Positions 63,107 through 64,000 of a stretch of 64,000 nt of DNA are shown piece after piece. Numbering within the stretch: the first letter of the stretch is position 1; each line of letters begins with the position of its first letter. Source of the DNA: Mustelus asterias (taxonomy: Eukaryota); contig NW_027590175.1 in assembly GCF_964213995.1 (NCBI RefSeq), forward strand, positions 682,001 to 746,000. Direction: 5' to 3'. Made by a program: the position numbers and the translations under genes. The notes under the pieces were generated by a model. The model made no database searches. It was not told where the DNA came from and saw only the letters and a program-made list of their open reading frames with translations.

Positions 63107-64000
63107 GAAAAAAAGAAAACAAAAAACTTCCCCACACTTATAATTAGGTTAGAGGAGGATGGAAGGGTGGGATCCTCTACCAGTGTAGAGGATCGGGTAT
63201 CTCCTCTGCACCAATTTATAGGGCTAGGGGCCCGAGAGAAAAAAAAAACTACTACTGAGGGGGAACCTCCCAGGTAACTGACTTTTAAAGTTAAAATAAA
63301 AACCCTTCCCAGACTCCTTTGCTGCCCACTTCTAGTTTTCACTTTAAACTTGAAAAACTGCTGTTAAAGTAAAGGCCAAAAAAATACACACACTAGCTGA
63401 CTAATTAAATAAATAAACAATTCAATTAATCCAATTAATCTCTTACCAGCACTGCTGCTTTTCAATCACCCCTCTCAGCTTGCTCCAGTGGATCAATGAG
63501 GGGGAACCTCCCAGGTAACTGACTTTTAAAGTTAAAATAAAAACCCTTCCCAGACTCCTTTGCTGCCCACTTCTAGTTGACGAAGGTAAAGATAAGTACA
63601 TAGGGCATATAAAGCAGATATTTTCCAGAGTCAATCTTCCATTAAAAACACAACATTGTGCTTCAGGATAATCCGGATCTTCAAACAGATGAATGTTTTC
63701 AGATGTGTCACTGGCAATGATGTATATATATCTGTAGTTGTTGCAGTGTCCTCTGGCGGCTTTTTTCCCCGGTCGTGTTGTGCTTTTGAATCATGCAACT
63801 CCTGTGGAGCGCATCCTATCTTCCATTAAGAAAGAGAAGATGATAAATGTTCACAAAATTGGTATTTATTTTCACCAATTGCCATCCATTCACAAAGTTG
63901 CATAATTTTGTTCACCAGTTACCAACCATTCATAGACATTAATATATTTACGTTTTAATTTAAGTGATGTGATCGTTGCTGGCCAGGTCAAAATTTGTTG

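Larger units (their letters stand above)
59201..63578 (-). mobile_element. Apparently full-length CR1-clade LINE
   Basis: 5' UTR, intact ORF1 and ORF2, CR1-type 3' end with (TTCTATG)n tail (tagaaca repeats at 59201-59221). Confidence 0.92.

Overview
Eukaryotic genomic DNA from a cartilaginous fish, almost certainly a shark (HE1-type SINEs, shark-type Cmu exons); the species cannot be fixed from the sequence alone. The core of the window is one complete IgM heavy-chain minilocus on the + strand (about 20.7-43.9 kb): TATA, leader, VH, a single D, JH, Cmu1-Cmu4 with secretory tail, TM1 and TM2. All coding exons are open and have canonical splice sites. The rearrangement signals are unusual: the VH heptamer is CCCAGCG, which breaks the essential CAC; the JH nonamer is degenerate; and there is only one 23-bp D, flanked by 12/12 RSSs, which looks like a germline-fused D1-D2. 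Downstream (47-58.7 kb) is a cluster of about 11 tRNA-derived loci, of which only tRNA-Lys(CTT) is intact. The rest is repeat-rich: an apparently full-length CR1 LINE with intact ORF1 and ORF2 (59.2-63.6 kb, minus strand), many truncated CR1, Rex1/Babar-like and other LINE fragments, SINEs, Penelope-like fragments with hammerhead-ribozyme cores, satellites and local duplications. Most short ORFs in the track are repeat-derived noise. Family assignments rest on motif recognition, not database searches.
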